Part shown: positions 1-12,818 of the stretch, piece after piece | Layout: each line of letters starts with the position of its first letter | Position numbering within the stretch: position 1 is the first letter of the stretch | Assembly (NCBI GenBank): GCA_965285935.1 | Contig: OZ260662.1 | Coordinates: 50,654,001-50,718,000 of the forward strand | DNA length: 64,000 nucleotides | Source of the DNA: Ophelia neglecta | Taxonomy: Eukaryota | Direction: 5' to 3' | Notes under the pieces: generated by a model | Told to the model about the DNA's origin: nothing | The model's input: only the letters and a program-made list of their open reading frames with translations | The model's database searches: none | Program-made: the position numbers and the translations under genes

Positions 1-388
1 CTGGTCGTAATAGATCTGCGAACGGCGATCTATCATGATGAATTCAGAACCGTTTGGCGACAGTTACCTAGGAGATCGGCGGTCTAATGCGCTTCCATCT
101 TATTTAAAAATATTGTAGGACTTTATGATCCTTGAAAAAGCCAACAGAACCGTACAAAGCGGTCCAGCCTGCCGCGCCTTGATGGAACTAAAAATGGTCA
201 TTTTTCATATACTGGATTCCTGCATTATCTATTGGTTGGGCAACGAAAAAACGGTGTTCTACGAAATGTTCGTATAGGTTGATAAAATCCCAGGAAATTC
301 TCTTCAAGAAATTAATTAAAAAAAAAAAAAACCTGTAAAAGACTCATCTCTAAATTCTGAGAGTTTTATTGAAGAAGAGGGTTGTTAG

Positions 389-1763
389 AAGGCATTTGAT
401 ACGGTCAACCATAAAACCTTACTATGTAAACTGTCTGCTTTGGGTGCTGATGAGAGGTGTATTCAGTGGTTTAAATCATATTTAAAGGAAAGATACCAAA
501 CTGTTGAGATTTCAGGGGCCGCCTCTGAGTCTCGGGAGATGGTGTGTGGAGTACCACAGGGATCCATTTTGGGCCCATTGCTTTTTCTGGTTTACGTGAA
601 TGACATGGAGTCCTCTGTAAGCTGTGGATTGTACTTATATGCAGATGATTCTGCCTTGGTTATAAGGGGTAAATCAGTGTCTGAAATTGAGACCCACTTA
701 TCATCTCAACTTCAGTCAGTAAAAAGCTGGCTTGTCGAGAACAAATTATCACTGCACCTTGGGAAAACAGAATGTATATTATTTGGTACAAAAAAGAGAT
801 TGTGTAAAGTGAAAAATCTACAAATTCTATGTGATAATATTCAAATCAAATGTCAGACTACTGTCAGATACCTTGGAGGATTATTAGATGAAAACCTAAG
901 GGGTGATGAAATGGGGAAAAATGCAGTTCGAAAGGTTAATACCAGACTTAAATTTCTATATAGGAAAAGCTCCTTGTTAAATGGAGACTGCAGAAAACTG
1001 CTGTGCTCTGCTTTACTTCAACCCTTTTTTGACTACGGGTGTAAGTTTTGGTTTTTTGGTCTGTACAAAAACACCTTAACAAGGCTCCAATGTGCTCAAA
1101 ATAAAATGGTTCGCTTTGTCCTGGACTTACCTCCAAGAACACATCTTGATGTAGCCCATTTCAGAGATTTGTCATGGCTAAATGTTCATAATCGGGTCAA
1201 GCACATGTCACTGGTGTTAGTTTTCCGCTGCTTGAATGGTCTTGCTCCACCGTATATGAATAATGTGTTTTCCAGGGTTAGCGACAGACATTCTTATGCC
1301 ACCAGAAGTAGTGCCCATGATCTTGTTGTTCCTAAGTGCAAAGGTAGAGCAGGACAATCTACTTTCATGTATAATGGTGCTACTTTTTGGAATTCCCTTC
1401 CGGGTAATGTGAAGGAAACTACATCTATCGCATCATTTAAAAGCAAGGCAAAGAATCACTTGTTTGAAACAATGTAATATAGTGGCTTTTGTAATTGGTT
1501 ATTTTTTAAGTAACTTGTAATTGTATTGTATGGTATATATTTATTTGAAGCGTACGTGTTTTTTGTAGTGCATTTCTAGCAGGGTGTGCATACACTAGTC
1601 AAAGGGCCAACATGGAAATAAGTTTCCATCACTGTGATGGAAGCTTTTGTTGTTACCCTTGTCTCTGTACAGTGTCGGTGACCGCTATTGTGTATTATTT
1701 AAGAAGACAGCTGCTTTGTTTAATGTTCTGTACCTGGACTAAATAAAAATCAATCAATCAAAA
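389..1763 (+). mobile_element. 5'-truncated CR1/L2-type non-LTR retrotransposon (RT C-terminal half, 3'UTR and tail)
   Basis: The frame is open 389-1477 with RT motifs KAFDTVNH, GVPQGSILGPLLFLVYVND and YADD, ending WNSLP...FKSKAKNHLF. It is followed by a 3'UTR, AATAAA at ~1742 and an (ATCA)n tail to ~1763. The absence of stops suggests a young copy. Confidence 0.93.
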
Positions 1764-1769
1764 GACAAA

Positions 1770-2265
1770 GTCAGCTGATTTAACATAGGTTGTCAGGTCC
1801 ACCACATCCCATCTCCGAAAGATTGGACGCATCAGAAAAAGTCTGACAACTGATGCCACGAAGAAGTTGGTTTAAAAGTACTTGTAACATCCGGCTGGTA
1901 GATTGGTTACACATACGAAAATACATGACCACATAACACAGGTCCTAAATAACCTGCACTCGCTTCCAGTGGAACACCGAACTGATTTCCAGTTTTCGTT
2001 GATGGGGTACAAGGCCCTGAATGGGAATGCTCCTGTGTACGTCTCCGAGCTGCTGCAGAGATACGAACCTTCTCTTGCTCTGCGGACTCTACGAAGACAC
2101 TACTCGGTGTACCGAAAACAAGACCATTTAGAACTGGTGATCGATCTTATAGATCTTACCGTCACAGACTCAGGAATTCCTTACTCATCAATTAAGTGAG
2201 AACTGCTTAGTCGGTCGGTTCGTTCAAAAGGAAACCCAAACCCACTTGTTTAAGCTGGCTTATGG
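1770..2265 (+). mobile_element. Older, decayed L2/CR1 LINE 3' fragment
   Basis: Frameshifted remnants of the typical L2 ORF2 C-terminus: LRKIGRIRKSLTTDATKKLV, HDHITQVLNNLHSLPVEHR, YKALNGNAPVYVSELL, FKRK..THLFKLAY. Confidence 0.85.
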
Positions 2266-2410
2266 AGACCGACAGTGTTGGTGTATTTGTGCATTTTTTC
2301 TGTGATAATTTAAATTCGATCCTTAACGTTTTAAAATAATCTCAGTGATGCATGTACATGGCAATTTGGCCTCAGCTCATGTTATACCGAAGAATGCGTG
2401 TGACTATTAC

Positions 2411-2630
2411 CCAGGACGGACGAGCCCAGTCAGACTGCCCTCTCCTGTACGATATCGTGGCATGTAAGTCGATAAAGCCATACGTTCACCATTGATATTT
2501 CCCTCTTGATGTATTTTTATCCTGGCGAACGGGATGGGTATATAGCTTAAAGGTCCCCTTGCTACATCACTGCAGTTGATGTCAATGATCGTTAGCTCTC
2601 TGAGCACTGCCAAGATACCGATGGCACGTT
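2411..2630 (-). other. Candidate exon of an unidentified (possibly decayed LRR-like) minus-strand gene
   Basis: Pyrimidine tract and CAG acceptor at 2631-2655, GTAA donor at 2407-2410. One frame is open across it (RAIGILAVLRELTIIDINCSDVARGPLSYIPIPFARI...). The protein is not recognised. Confidence 0.3.
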
Positions 2631-4400
2631 CTGGCCATACAAAATAACAAGGAAGTTAGTCGTACTCCGAACATCAACTGATATTAGCAACCCTAAACAA
2701 AAACTAAAGCGTATCATATTTGCAATTAAACTTCCTTATGCTGAATTCTTATTTTATCAACAATTTATATCAGATTATCTATTTAATTAAAAAAAGATAA
2801 AAAGGTTTCAAGATTATCGATATACAAATATTTTTCACGTGAAAAACTAAGGTAATTAAGTTTATTGGGATAGGAAGTGGTAACGGTATGGAGGGCGCCT
2901 CATCGAGCTTCAATTTTTAATGTGTCCAATCATGCCTCGTCCGTTTGACAAAAAGTTTATGGACTACATTTTCAGTATCCGGAAAGTAGCATAGTAGAGT
3001 TAGCATACTTCTTACACACGGCTTGTTTACGTATTGAAGAAGGCGGCCGGTGCCAAGACATACTGTGCAATTATTTTGGTAGAATTTGTTTTCATTTTGA
3101 AATATACACATAGGTTAATATTGTGGCCACTTTGACATTTGTCCATCTTCTTAGAAACCAAATTGCAGATAAAAGAGCTTCCGTTTTACTATAGAGAGGG
3201 AGATCAGATAGTAACCAAACCTGGATCGATACACATATTTAGAGCACACTAGAAATTGACAAGTATGGCTAATATGCAAGGTCATGAGAGATGCTGTTCA
3301 GTTAGCAAATTAGATCAAATTGTATAGGCTGTCAGAAAAAAAGGAAAACCACATTGTATTGAAATAATCGCGAGACCCTAAGTGTAAATCACGCTAACTC
3401 GCATTCAAGGAGAGAGCGCTGAAAAACGGAGCCCCTAAGAAAAAAGTCACTAAAACTAAACTGGTTATATAAGATTTGCAAGCGTTAGGTTTATCTAGAC
3501 AGTGTAAAGACAATAATAGGGCAACACCTTTAATTATAGGAGTATAATATACATGTTCATTTTTGCCCAACCATAGGGCAAAGGGAACAAGATGTGGGGC
3601 AAGACGAGACTCTTTGAGACAAAATGATCAGTTTCTCCTGAGTATTGCAACGTTTAATGCAAGTTGTAGTATGACCGTTATATGCCAACTGTAACAATAT
3701 GCTCCGGCCTATGGTTAGACAGCAGGCTGATCTATGCCCACAACCGTGTAAAAAACATCACATTAAAGTAATAACTTTGAAAAAAGTGACCCGTTTTTCC
3801 ATAGTTACGTATTTTTATGCGGTATTTATTTTCAGATTGCATTACCATTCACAATTATAACTAAATATACTTTCTATGTAGATATTCTTTTTTATCAATA
3901 TCAATATTTGATATGTTGTAATAGGCCTGTTTCCATAGAGCAGTTGTTCCAATATATTCCAATTTTTAACTGCTTCATTGTGTACAACCTATGTACTTAC
4001 TATGGTTTGTACAATGCGTATAGTCGTATTTTTAACGCATATATTCTAACTAAACATACTATAGTCATCAATTAAATTTCCTACAACATTCACAGAAACC
4101 CCCCCCCCCCCCCCTCCCCCCTTCATAGTCAGAGCAAAGTTCAAGTCACCAATGCGCATACTTATGACAGCGAACCAATTGCCCCTTATATACTTTTGTT
4201 GTATAAGCCGTCACAGTTTATATATAGATATTCCCAATCCGTGTATAAGCCTCCATACTTATATTATTCATATTGATTATATACTTGTCATTTCTAAGGA
4301 TATAAACGTAAACTGTCCTCGAGAGTTATATCAAAACAAATATGATTCTGTGTCGAGGAAATGTCGATTAGTGCACTGCTTAAACGCATGCCATTTATAG

Positions 4401-4700
4401 TTATCTTTGCTCAGGCGAGTTTATGATCCGATTACAAAAGGAAAGAAACCACACTTTAGCCAGCCAAGGGCACATTTTATAAACAAATAAGATTGGATTA
4501 CTTCAATATGTAGGTCACGGCGCCATTTTGAAAATTTCAGAAATATATCTCAGCTGCAAGTTTATGATCCGATCTCAAAAAGTAAGAAACCACAATATAA
4601 TCCATGCAATCAAGAGTACTTTTCATACAAAAACTTAGTTTTGGCCTGATTATTCTGATAAATTGTAATGCTCATGTACCAGCTGTTTATGGTTCCATTT
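4401..4700 (+). mobile_element. Fragment of a Helentron-type (HINE-like) repeat
   Basis: It starts TTATCTTTGC, matching the sub-terminal IR of the 60-61 kb element. It has two ~140-bp internal repeats (GTTTATGATCCGAT...AAGAAACCACA) and shares the motif TATCTCAGCTG. Confidence 0.45.
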
Positions 4701-5970
4701 AAAAAAAAAAATCTAAGTAAGTCGAGTGTATATTAGATCCATAAAAGAAGCGTTGACCTACTTGTCAATATGTACTTCTCTCAGTTTATTCGTCCGTATT
4801 TGAACAAGGAGGTTGAGAAAAGATCAACGTATCCGACTGGATACTTATTTAATTATAAAGTGTCCGTCTCTATCGACCTCGGCGTTCAGCACATAATAAT
4901 GATGATGGCCCTGCAGTCTGAGAAGTCATTGAATTCTATACTGTTCTACAAAAACAAACGACGGTGCACACTAAAACACGAACGCAATATAAACTGATGG
5001 ATGGTGCAAATGCATTAAGGTTCTCAGCAGTAATTTTAAATAGTGTAAACCGTACCCATACTACGACATTATGAGATTCACGGTGGTTTTGATGATTCTG
5101 TAACAGTGGCAGGGACAATTAAATGAGATAAGTCGCATACAACTTGTGACATCTCATTTCGGTCAGCGAGCTCAACATTGCATCCGGTTGCACCCCAAAT
5201 CACCAGACGGAGGTTGAGCAAAGTTTTGAAATGGCGAAAATTCAGTAATACGAACATTAGGATTATCCTTGTAATAATATTTCGTTTGGACCTATATTTT
5301 GCGTTGCATATCAGTTTGGGCAAAATAGGATCAAATGCATGAAGCCTTATAAACTACAACAGCAAGCCCTCGAAAATATAGCTCAGCTATGCGGCGGAGG
5401 AGATCTTCAACATAATACACAAGGGCGACGGGGGGGGGGGGGGGGGGGTGTGTGGGGGCGGGGGCGGGGGGCGGTTAGGACAGACGCGAAATCGTAAATA
5501 CGGGTTGCCCAGTCTTGCCCCGAGTCCCATCTTTCCCCGCTCTCCTACATCAATCATAGACATAAAGATTGCTAACCATAATTTCATATTTGTTATGAAT
5601 ACGCAGTGAGTAACTGAAAAGCATGCGAGACTCTCATGTCCATGACAGTGTAATGAATATCGCGCGCCTCTAAACACTCTGTTTGACTCCTCACAACACT
5701 GTTTATGCCTTCTCATGTGCACCACTTTGTTTTTGCCTTTGGATAGTAAATTGGGTGTTCTGAGGTTACATTAGTTGAAACCAACCTTTTAACATACAGG
5801 TTAAATACTAATTGTGTGTATTAAAGAAAACCACCACCGAAGGGATCATTTTTATGTACAAATAATAAAGCAACGTCACTCCCCTGCCAAGTTAAAATGA
5901 GTAACAAGACGCTACATTTATTATACCGTACAAAACTTGGATTTGATGCTGTTTATAGTTTAAAAGAATG

Positions 5971-6550
5971 AACTGCATTTTGTACTCCTAAAACAGTGGT
6001 TACCAAATTGTGCGCCGCAATGCACAGTGTTTGTGCTCAGTCCAGTACAGCATCGCATTACGAGCTGGTTAATGGTTTATGAGTATCCTGCGTGATCCGG
6101 GCATACAACCCTGTGGCTGAGTGGCTCTAAATAACAAACAACATATAACCAGGTAGTATAAAGGATTGTTGGAGATACGTAATTTACTGGCTTGATTATT
6201 GTCCGTAGATTTATTTATTTTTGAGAACTAAAGTAATTGGGTGACCGTGGGAGAAGGTTCAGCCAATCGTCAGATTTTGTTTTTACTTGTGTCACATGAA
6301 TGTACAGTCGTCAGACAATTCACCCGTTTCGTGACTTCTATTTAGCGGAAAACAGAATACTCTTTGCTTGATTAAAATCAACGTTGGAAGGTTTTCCTGG
6401 TTTAAATTTGACATTTTTTGTACTCTTTTAAGTGGTGGTTATCAAATTGTGCATTTCAAAAGCCGTGTCTGTTCTCATTACAGTATAATGTCGAATTACG
6501 TGGCTGGTTAAAGGTTAATGAGTATTCAGCGTGATGTGGCCCGAAAACCC
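5971..6550 (+). repeat. Diverged local duplication of ~140 bp (copies ~5971-6110 and ~6412-6550)
   Basis: Shared blocks TTTTGTACTC, GTGGTTA(C/T)CAAATTGTGC and ATTACG(A/TG)GCTGGTTAA(T/A)GGTT(T/A)ATGAGTAT...GCGTGAT. Confidence 0.7.
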
Positions 6551-7134
6551 TCTTCTTCCTCATTGACTCCGTGATACCCCTGTGTAGGAGACCATTTAAC
6601 AAGGAAGTGGATTGACTTTAATTCACATCGAGTACACGCATATCAGGAGTGGGGTTCTATACCTCCTTTATGTTTTATTACTTATGTAGGGATGCAACTG
6701 TTTAGTATTTTTTTCGTGAATGGAACTCCGTCTCTGGTATGCGTGTGTCTTGGGGTGGCAAATAAATATATATTTGGAGGCTAAGTATAATACGAATTCC
6801 CCCACTCCTTGGATTTTGAATTCGTCAACAGGTAAAGCTCTTTTTCTTCAAGTATATTTGGTGTCTCCCCGCCGTGCATTCTCCAGAGGGAGGCAGTACG
6901 CATAGAGATTTCCTTCTATCATCTCATCAGGTTGCATTTACAGCAGAAAGCCCTCATACAGAATAGGTTTTAAGGTTTAAATCTACTGTCTAAGTCAATT
7001 GGACGGCCTACGACCATGCCTTCCACAATCTCTGTATCAAACAACACGACGATGAAGTGTAGAGTTCTGATTTGCTATACCAAAGTTCAGAAAAAAATGA
7101 ACATTATGATACACATGTAGTTTACAAAATATTT

Positions 7135-7220
7135 AACCCCAGCAGCAGGATTCGAACATGCAACCCTCTGACCGGTCCACGGTCATAAGGCTATAGCACC
7201 TTATTACCACTGAGCTATTT
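7135..7220 (-). mobile_element. tRNA-derived SINE head or tRNA pseudogene
   Basis: Minus-strand Pol III A box TAGCTCAGTGGT (7206-7217) and B box GTTCGAATCC (7148-7157). The acceptor stem does not pair, so it is not a functional tRNA. Confidence 0.6.
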
Positions 7221-7429
7221 TTCATATTTTGTTGAGAGATTTCTGGACAATCAAACTATGGAGAAACGTTATGTCTATTGTCATTAAAAGTACGGGATTG
7301 CAAGAATTAGGCCTATGTCAGCCATTTATAGTCTGGAGACTTTCAGAAATAAGGTTTAAAGCATACGCTGCTAGAAAACCGTGTGCACAAGCTACTAATA
7401 ACGCACATATTGTCTAGGTGTAATTGCCG

Positions 7430-7650
7430 CTGCCTTCTGGTGGTGACGTCATCGCCAAAAGCAGGCCAAGCGACATTTGCTTTCTGGGCCAATGAGAGTT
7501 CATATGTGAGCGTGTCGGACATGCATTGATCACAGATTCAAAGTATTTTTTAGCACCACTAGTCTCAAGACTTTATGTTGCTGGCATAAAATGTGCCGCT
7601 TTTAATAGGGAAGCCCCTTCATGTAACCTTATAGGAAGTGACGTCATATG
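7430..7650. promoter_or_regulatory. Promoter-like motif cluster (CRE, CCAAT, ETS-CRE)
   Basis: TGACGTCA at 7444-7451, CCAAT at ~7489, and GGAAGTGACGTCA at 7634-7646. Confidence 0.4.
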
Positions 7651-9957
7651 TGAATGATTTTTTATTTCTTCTTCGAGAAGTTTTTCCCTCTTTTTTCTAT
7701 TCTTTATGTGAGGCGTTCCTTGTGTAATTTCAAACACAGGGGTTGAAGAAGCTTTACACAAGTAATCCATATATAGTAGACTCAAGAAGAAATGATAGAA
7801 AGTCCTGTCATGTTCGACATCCGGTGTAAGGGATTTCCATATCTCACTGTCTTGATCTTTGGGGGAGGTGTTTCACCTAAATTTAAAATAAACATGTACA
7901 CATTGGCTGTTCTTGGCAATATGTGCAAGGAAGCCCATACCAGTGTGTGAAAGAGTGCAAAATATATCTAAACAAAAAGGGTGGCTGATCCTGTACGACA
8001 AACCAATAAACCTCCTATACCAAATTGTATTTACTATACAACGAGCTGCCTACTGGCTTAGATGTATTTATGTATTGTGAACGCCTGTGTAGGTGTATAG
8101 CACGATACCATACATCTATTATTATAGGTCTAGGTGTATGCTAAATATATTTGAACTGCATGAAGCACCACAGTGAAGTATGGGCCTTGGCTGCTTTTTT
8201 TGTGCGTGGGAGAGCCCGACGAGAAATACGTCACAGTGTGTTAGAGGGCTTAGCCTATTCCTCCAAGGGTATATCAGTCTTGTAAGATGAACATTTAAAT
8301 ACATCACTCAATCTGTCTTGGTTACGAAAAAACAGGAACATTAATTTCTACAGCGAGGGGTTTCATATATAAAGAAAGGTAGTTCCTTGAGCGGAGATAT
8401 ACATAGTTTTGTAGCCCGTATGCGAGGGCTCTGCTTTAGTACAGCACCGATAACAATGATAAAATAGTGCATAATAAAACGATAACTGACTCAACGACTA
8501 AAAATAACGCTGTCCGTTCAAATTTGATGTAATCGATAAAGGAGTGAGACGATACTCCACGGGAGTCCGTGGTAAGGCAGGTACACTCCGGCCATTTTGC
8601 TTCAAGGTCTGAGGGTGCTTTCCAATTGAATATTCATTGGCCAATGTTGCCCCTGGGAAGGAAGTCTCTAAAAATGCAATATTGGCAGTCCTTCAAAGTG
8701 TGGTTAACTCGCGTCTGTGGACAGCACTCTTTGTTAATATGTGAAGTTGGAGGAATGGTAGTGGAAGGTTTTATACTACTCCAAAAAATAAAATTCTACT
8801 CTTGCTCGGCCAGTGTCTAGTCCCAGGCACTCGCGCTGACTCACTTCGATTTGTATGAATTCTGATTCACCGGCGTCCCTTCCCCGCATGCCTTCCGTAC
8901 TCTCAAAGGGTCGATTTATACGCCATTTAACCTGTCTGATGCCAGCGCACAATACCGAACAATCGTTGCACTGACAGGCAGCGGCTGTCGTCTGCAAGTT
9001 CGTCCACCTACAACTATAGATACGACTGCGAAAATCCTTTGTTTTAGTTTGAAAGAACGCCGAATGGGCCTAGAGCCATCCTTGACTATAGACTGATGCT
9101 CGAAGCAGGTTAGTGAGAAACAAATCGCCGATTTCAGGGGATATTTTGGGTTACTAGATAGATCGGGCCTTTAAGGAAATCTCTTCAAAGCAGAATATGG
9201 TGTTTACAAAGGGTCCATGTTTGTTATTAACTTAGTCATCCTATTATGCTAAACCGACTCCAACCCGCTGAGGCGAGATTTTGTATAAAGCACCCGGACA
9301 TGATCAAATAGACGTCTCTATATTTCCGAGCGACTAACAAAACCATGCTTTACCTCTTATATCCTCACTCCCTCCCCCTCCCCCCCCCCCCCCCCCTTGG
9401 CTACCGGCGTCCTGCAATGGCTATATGTGAAGAAACCAGGAGGAACAATCACTGAGACGATTAATTGTGGTAATTAACATACACCGTACAGGAGTGTTAT
9501 TAACTTAGGGAGAGTGGGCGGTCTTCGAGGCTATACATATCTTTATTTGTTTCTCTATTTATCCCTGCAAGGGATTAATATCAAATGGTGGGCGAGCTGT
9601 TCGTCCCCCTGGAAGTCGGCTGACTGTCATTCACCATGCCGCCCATATGATGGGGTTGTGCGCCTTTCTCGACTTTGTGTCTCTCAAGTGGGCCATCATG
9701 CACCGGTATATAACTACTAAGTCATTTCCTGTCCACGTCAACTTCTGTTGATATCACATGTGGCTCATGTAAGATCGGACAATGAGCAGATATCTATAGG
9801 GCATACAGAATATTGTAAGATCACAGCAGCTTTACCAATAAGACATCGCAGAAGAGGCGATGTGACTTTAAAGGCATATATTTTCCTCTGATGTCGGTAG
9901 AAGGGTAGTCCAGGTAACCTGTCCTGTTATGGGCAATATTCTGATATATGATATATA

Positions 9958-10141
9958 CAGTATAACCTGTAAATTGAGATCACCAAAGGGACTCAAAAAA
10001 AACTGGTCTTAATATGGAAGTGTTTTGTTTAGACAGATTATTATACATATAAAGTTTAAAGGTATTGTCTTCGATCAGAGATACGTTCTGTATTGACCGG
10101 TGGTCTGAATATAGAGGTGGTCCTTAAGGCAGGTTTCACTG
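9958..10141 (-). mobile_element. Tc1/pogo-like MITE, copy 1
   Basis: TA-flanked. TIRs CAGTATAACCTG / CAGGTTTCACTG. The interior matches the 12646-12818 copy in opposite orientation. Confidence 0.8.
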
Positions 10142-12645
10142 TAGTGTGTGTTTCACTTGTCTTGAACTTGCCATTTAAATTTATTTTTACTTGTACTTCG
10201 TCGGCTGTAATCAACAATTGAGATAAACAGTGGCGGGAATATAACAAGGAAGTCAATATTATCCCTTATGCAATTACTCCATTATATTAACCTTTTCTCC
10301 GGAACAGCTTGAAATGAAATCAAGCTTCCTGGTATGTGTCACAGTACAGTGTATAGAAATATTCTCACTGTGTGCTGGTATTGTTCAGTTTGGCGTTAGA
10401 TTTTCTCACTTCCATATATATAGAAAGTTCTAGAAACGTGTTGATGTAATGAGTTTTTTTTAAGCAAAGTGTGAGTCCAAGAGGAGTCGTATTGTAGAGG
10501 GTTTGCAATTGATTTTTTTCTTTTCGCCGTAAGCATTGTTTGAAATACGGTCACAATAATACTTCTTATAAGCATATAGGTCGTTTGGTAGGACCAAGAG
10601 TCTCTAGATACCCGCTGCATTTATCGCCATCTCAATATATGTTGTAGTCTTTTGAGAAAAGTCGAAACGAGGTGGGTCATCTTTTATTTAATATCCATAA
10701 TTACCACCAACTCACATGATACGTTTGTTAAGTGAGAGTTACATTTGAGCTAGGTCAGATTGCCTTTGTTGTAGTTTCATGGTATACCTATTACTTCCTA
10801 GAAACGAACAAGAATACCAACAATAACAGGTGCTTTATCATATAATGTTACTTGTAACTAAAGGCACTCAATCTTAAGTTTTCAGAATATATGGACTGCT
10901 TTATAGACATTTAATTCATATTATATATTTGAACATTTCATTATAAGCTCTCATTTTTTGAGGATCAATGAAATATTAATCTTATACTACGTATCTTGTA
11001 GCCAAATACGAATTCTGTCATATATACAGCCAAGAATCCTAATAGCTTAATATAGCAGTGAATAATACTAGAAATTTGCAAACCCTGATTGTCCTTCTCC
11101 AATCGGACATGCCTGACTGGATTCACCTATCACAAAGGATGTATTATGTGCCTTTGACGGCACGATTGAGAATATACAGTCACCACTTCAGTTTCGTGAC
11201 AATTGACGGTAGCTGTATATCCAATTTTCCAATGATATAGGCCCATGGTAATGTCGACCGTCTGTGGTAGAAGTGATCGCGGGTAGAACTTATGTACTAG
11301 CCGGCGATATGCACGAAACTGCATGCGGCAGAGTGTCAGCCCCTTCCTGTAGTCCAACCGGATGTTACTGCTACGACAGACATTATTTCAAAATCGGTCA
11401 TAAACCTCTTTTTTTCGTATGGATATAAATTTTAAACTGAATCGACTATGTTAATTTGTGCATGTTTGCTGGCAGCCCATCGATAGCGCTGGAAAATTGG
11501 CGTCTTTTTGGTAAATGGCAAAAGTTAAGCTTTCAAACCGGAAAGCAGAATGGTCGCGGCCTGTATTCGAGGACCCAAATCGACCATGTAAACATCATGC
11601 TAGTTATAGAGCTGCCATTGAAAACCTGTATAGAGTAGACCTACCATGCAAATATGTTCTTGTTATTGCTTAACCTACAATGCTATGTTCGGAAAATATA
11701 TATATACGTGTATTACAATTCACAACTCTCCATATTCTGTCAGGCAGGCGCGTGTGACTTAAATCAATGATTTCTTTTTATTTTAGAACATCGTTCATTT
11801 TTTTAACGGCAAGAAACCAGACGGCCTTCCAACCGGGGAGAGGTTCATAAGATGGCCGACTTGATTACATTGTCATTTTCAGCATATATTATGAAAAGGC
11901 ACGTAGTGAATATATATAAAAAATAAATACCAAGCATTGCTCAAGGCTGGGCTCTGGCCAGTAACAGTAACTTGCGTCGTATGGAACATGTCAGACATAG
12001 CTTGCTTATCATCTGTGGACCAGTATTATAATAACTCGCTTATTTCCATTGAATGTGTGTCCGTTTCCGTGACTGGTCGCAAAAATGTGGAAGTTACAAA
12101 GGTTGCTGTCCGCACCGCGCAGCAACCTTGCGACGTTAGCGAATGACGTTGCCCAAGCTCCCGCCCCGCTATGCCAGATAAGCTCAGAATCTTGTTTATA
12201 TGCTAATGATATGAACTTATTAATTGTAGGCTATTTTAGGTATACAACTCTGGTGTAATAAATAATTTATATAACTATACGCACGCTCCAAGGCTCTGCT
12301 TTATTACATTACCTAACTTCCTACCGGTTACAGACTCCTGCCTTCCTTGGAGTCATATTAGGATTTTTACCTTTTTATGGTTTTTCAGGTATAGATGCCT
12401 AAAAAGGGACGCGCATAAGCTGCCAGCCAACCTCAAGCAGGCAAAAACAATCTCGTATGAACCGGAAATATGTTAAGATAGACTGGCGTGCCTGTCTGCT
12501 ATAGATGTATACTGCCAGAAAACGACATATCCTTCTTTGCCCCAGTATTTTTATGTCCTAATGGGAAAAGATAAGACATCAGTCCACGCTAGGGTAAACA
12601 CCCAACTCTCCCCTACACCTACCACCCATCCCACCCGAAGGAATA

Positions 12646-12818
12646 CAGTGAAACCTGCCTTAAAGACCACCTATATAATCACACCACCTGCCAATTCAGA
12701 CCACTAATAGGAGGCCCATGATATTTCAATGTTAAATAACCTGTCTTAACAGACCACCTCCAAAATCAGACCACCATTGTCCCGTCCCTTGGGGGGTCTT
12801 AATTCACAGGTTTCACTG
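12646..12818 (+). mobile_element. Tc1/pogo-like MITE, copy 2
   Basis: Perfect 12-bp TIR CAGTGAAACCTG...CAGGTTTCACTG, TA on both sides, and internal AGACCACC repeats. Confidence 0.88.

Noticed and set aside
2917-3111. CTVCLGTG resembling a DnaJ zinc-finger repeat
   Set aside because: Single isolated motif with no second CxxCxGxG and no J-domain nearby.
5387-5725. 112-aa proline-rich ORF
   Set aside because: The polyproline arises from a poly-G tract, and there is no other coding signal.
7135-7220. Functional tRNA gene
   Set aside because: A and B boxes are present but there is no acceptor stem or clean anticodon arm. Called a tRNA-derived repeat instead.
8500-9010. GC-richer stretch with AAAATGGC and short ORFs on both strands
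   Set aside because: No recognisable product or consistent exon boundaries. It could be UTR or regulatory but cannot be supported.
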